Shown: piece by piece, positions 60,221 to 64,000 of the stretch | Layout: each line of letters begins with the position of its first letter | Position numbering within the stretch: the stretch's first letter is position 1 | Assembly: GCA_035221665.1 (NCBI GenBank) | Contig: CM069135.1 | Location: forward strand, 17,422,001-17,486,000 | Source: Okamejei kenojei | Taxonomy: Eukaryota | Length of the DNA stretch: 64,000 bases | Reading direction: 5' to 3' | Notes under the pieces: model-generated | Told to the model about the DNA's origin: nothing | The model's input: the letters and a program-made list of their open reading frames with translations, nothing else | Database searches by the model: none | Position numbers and translations under genes: made by a program

Positions 60221-62259
60221 TCTCTGAACTGGGTCTCTGCGCATCCCTCTGCAATTGGATCCTCGACCCTCATTCACAGACCACAGTCCGTTCGTATTAG
60301 TGGAAATGTGTCAGCCTCGATAACAATCAGCACGGGAGCACCTCAAGGCTGCGTGCTCAGCCCCCTGCTGTACTCACTCTATACTCATGACTGCGTAGCC
60401 GGTCACAGTGCGAACTCCATCATCAAGTTCGCTGACAACACCACTGTTGTGTAATGTATCACTGATGGGGATGAGTCAGAGTATAGAAGGGAGATCGAGC
60501 AACTGTCCATATGGTGCCAGCACAATAACCTGGCCCTCAACACCAGCAAAACCAAAGAACTGATTGTGGACTTTGGAAGGAGTAGGATGGGGACCCACAG
60601 TCCCGTTTATATCAACGGGTCGATGGTTGAAAGGGTCAAGAGCTTCAAATTCCTGGGAGTGCACATCTCTGAAGATCTTTCCTGGTCCGAGAACACTAAT
60701 GCAATTATCAAGAAAGCACATCAGCGCCTCTACTTCCTGAGAAGATTACGGAGAGTCGGTTTGTCAAGGAGGACTCTCTCTAACTTCTACAGGTGCACAG
60801 TAGAGAGCATGCTGACTGGTTGCATCGTGGCTTGGTTCGGCAACTTGAGCACCCTGGAGAGGAAAAGACTACAAAAAGTAGTAAACACTGCCCAGTCCAT
60901 CATCGGCTCTGACCTTCCTTCCATCGAGGGGATTTATCGCAGTCGCTGCCTGAAAAAGGCTGGCAGCTTCATCAAGGACCCCACACCATCCTGGTCTCAC
61001 ACACATCTCCCTGCTACCTTCAGGTAGAAGGTACAGGAGCCTGAAGACTGCAAGGACCAGGTTCAGGAATAGCTACTTCCCCACAGCCATCAGGCTATTA
61101 AACCTGGCTCGGACAAAACTATTATCATTAATAACCCATTATCTGTTATCTGTTATTTGCACTTTATCAGTTTATTTATTCACGTGTGTATGTATTTATA
61201 TAATGATATATGCACACACTGATCTGTTTTGTAGTAAATGCCTACTATGCTCTGTGTGCTGATGCAAAGCAAGAATTTCCTTGTCCTATCAGGGACACAT
61301 GACAATACACTCACTTGAACTTGAACTTGAACTTGGGTCTCTGGTGCTGTAAGGCAGCAACTCTGCTGCTGCACCACCGTGCCGTCTTTACAGAAGTTTT
61401 TTAGTTCCTTTACATTTACACCATCCTCATCCTCAAACTGTTACTTTGCAGCGAGCACAGGACCTCACTGAGTATTCTGTATGAGTGTTTAACAGCAAAC
61501 TCTTGAGTCCTTCCAGAATCTGACAATCACAGCTTTGAAAGTAGCTTTCTTACCCTGTGGAAATGAAATGTTGTCACTATGCCAATGCAAATGAAAGATA
61601 TCCACTTTTCTTGTCACACGCTGAGTGCCAAGCAGACGTAGGAGATGGTAGCACATATGCTGCGTTAGGCTCTTTCCTGATCCCAGATTAGTTTTTAACT
61701 GCCAGGAAACTGCTTTCTACATTATTCTGCATATCAGTTCCTAAATCACTGTGAGGTTTTTTTTTGCCTTTTCAGCTAGGAGGGTGGGGCAGGGGAAATT
61801 ATATACCATTATTAATGACCTGGTCAATTTGGAGTAAAAACAGAAATTACCAGAGAAACACAGCAAGTCTGGCAGCATCTGTGGAGCGAGAACTAGAGTT
61901 AAAGGCCCATTTATCGGAGCTGATGAAGCCTGGCCTGCTGAGTGTTTCCACTATTCTCTATCTTTTCAATTCAGATTTCCAGCATTTAGGGTGGGTTTTT
62001 TAAAGTTTTGGTGGGCAATTCAGAGGAATTGAATTGAACAAAAGAAGTGGATAGGTGGAAAGAGCAGATCTTTGAGGAGGTCAAATTCCCTTACTGGACT
62101 GTTATTTGTGAACATTGTGATTCTATTGCAGACATGTGGTTTCATAAACACTAAAACATAAAGTTAACTTTTCATTCCAGATTTATTTATTCCCTGTGGC
62201 CATGGTCGGATTTGAACTCATTTTTTCAGATCAATGCTTTAATCATAGTGTCATGGAGA

Positions 62260-62540
62260 GTCAGTCAGAGAGTCGTACAACAGAGGAATAAACCCTTCGA
62301 ATGACCATATCGATGCAAACAATCATGCACCCATCAGTAATTAATAGTATTTCCCAGTTCATAGCCTTCTCTGCCTTCGCAATTTCAAATGCTTGTCCAG
62401 ATACCTCTCAAATGTTGTGAAGTCTCTGCCTTCACCAATGCCTCGAGCAGTACATTCCAGGTTCCAAGCACCTTCCAGGTTAATACCTCCTCAGATCCTC
62501 TACAAACTTCTTTCCCCTGATCATAAACCTTACACCTGAC
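62260..62540 (-). mobile_element. Old CR1 3' end
   Basis: KVLGTWNVLLEALVKAE...atttgagaggtatctggacaagc. Confidence 0.6.
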
Positions 62541-62574
62541 TGCATCATACAACCCCATGTGACTCCTCAGTTCA

Positions 62575-63860
62575 GTGGATGGACCACACACTGTCCCTGG
62601 ACAAAGTAAAAGGCGGAGCGGGTCTGCTTTCTAGTCAACACCTCATGGTGCCTGGATGTGGCAGTCCTGGCGAGCACCTGCCTCCTGGACCTGGGCTATC
62701 TAACGGTGAAGTGCCATCCCTGCTGTCTGCAGCTGGAACTCACTTTGCCTATCCTGACTGACGGCAGTTCACATTCCACCCCATGCTGATGTTAAGCTTG
62801 CACTGGATAAATCACACTCCGCTACCAACAACCTGGAAATGAAGTCTCCTAAGCTTTTTTCATAATAGCCAAGGACTTCAACCTGACCAAGTCCAAGACT
62901 GTGCTACCAAAATCCCATCAGCACACTTCCTGTCCCACCAGAGGCCCTAATACTCTAGACCACTGTTACACAATCATCAAATATGCCAATTGCTTCATAC
63001 CCCGACCACATCCCCCCTGACCTTCAACACTGATGACCCGCAGGGATGTACGCTCAGTACCCCACTCCATTCCATTGTGCACCCATGACTGTGCAGGCAG
63101 GTATAACACCATCGATCTTCATGTAGTCGGCTGGATCACCACAACAATGAGGCAGAGCGCAGGAACGAGGTCAGGAACCTTGTGTCATGGTGTCAAAACA
63201 ACAACATGGCGCTTAAGTTTAGCAAGATGAAAGAGTTGGTGGTTGACCTAAGGAGGTGGAGGCGCGGTGTACATACAACCCTGCCCTCACAAACGGAGCC
63301 GCTGTAGAGATTCCTGGGCGTCCATATCACGAACAACCTGAGCTAATCCCTTCACATTGATGTGGTGATTGGGAAATTGCATCAGTGTATTTATTTTCTT
63401 AGATATGGCATGCCAACAAGGATTAATCTTGGATTTACTGATGCACCAAAGAAAGTATCGGGAAGGAATGCATCTGAATCTGGTATGACTCTTGCTTTGC
63501 TTTTGCCCGCTTGAACCTGCAGGAAGCGGTGAACCCAGCCCAGTCCATCACAGGCTCATCACTTCCTTCCGTCGATTCCACCTTCAGGTTGCGTGGCATC
63601 AGGATGGCTGGAAGGGTCGTCAAGGATGTTTGCTATCCTGGCTGTTTTCCTCGTCCACCTTGGTGGGAAGATACAGGAGCTTGAAATCCCTGATAAATAG
63701 ACTTAAAATCAGCTTCTTCCCCACAGCTGTCAGGCCTCTGACTGATCATCCCTTTCATGCATCCTTCCTGGAGGTGCTGCCATGTACCCTTGCAGGTTAG
63801 CACGCAACAAAAGCTTTTCACTGTACCTCGGTATATGTGACAATAAACTAAAGTCAAACT
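62575..63860 (+). mobile_element. Old Rex1/Babar LINE remnants (endonuclease, RT, 3' end)
   Basis: CFLVNTSWC, QHTSCPTRGPNTLDHCYT, GRYRSLKS...RLKISFFPTAVR; 3' gtgacaataaac. Confidence 0.8.
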
Positions 63861-64000
63861 TTAACTAATATCTCTGCCTCATTTGATTATCCTGTTACAG
63901 CACTTCATTATTTATTTGCACTACTTCAACTTGCACTCCAGTCTTTGCAGCATTGAGCTGTTTTGTATTCATCATTGTATTTATGGTTGTATCTATCATT

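Larger units (their letters stand above)
59251..61326 (+). mobile_element. Rex1/Babar LINE 3' part (5'-truncated) with nested Penelope
   Basis: [56 protein letters not shown] 60566-61027; 3' tail (cttgaa)n. Confidence 0.95.
56296..61385 (-). mobile_element. One V-SINE split into four pieces (56296-56368, 57344-57516, 59234-59250, 61327-61385)
   Basis: The pieces are collinear with the SINE copies elsewhere in the window (e.g. reverse complement of 8484-8782). Confidence 0.8.

Overview
Eukaryotic, repeat-rich genomic DNA, most likely from a cartilaginous fish (skate, ray or shark). This is inferred from the HE1-like V-SINEs and their partner CR1/HER1-like LINEs. I recognise no host protein-coding gene: almost every ORF in the track is a fragment or antisense shadow of a transposable element, so the window looks intronic or intergenic. 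Retroelements: many CR1, Rex1/Babar and L2 LINE fragments, about 12 tRNA-derived V-SINEs, and a decayed DIRS1-type tyrosine-recombinase element (51620-55438, minus) whose ITR/ICR ends are intact. DNA elements: an IR/DR Tc1 transposon, Harbinger and hAT non-autonomous elements with TSDs, and a Helitron-like element. There are also minisatellites and a 175-nt assembly gap. The most interesting signal is a family of Penelope-derived sequences carrying a minimal hammerhead ribozyme motif (CUGAAGA-A-stem II-GAAA-CG-UC). At least five are ~90-130 bp TSD-flanked insertions with one boundary at or next to the ribozyme core. Two more are fused into a 274-bp palindrome, and one is attached to a GIY-YIG remnant. 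All family assignments were made by eye, without database searches. Boundaries of decayed fragments are approximate.
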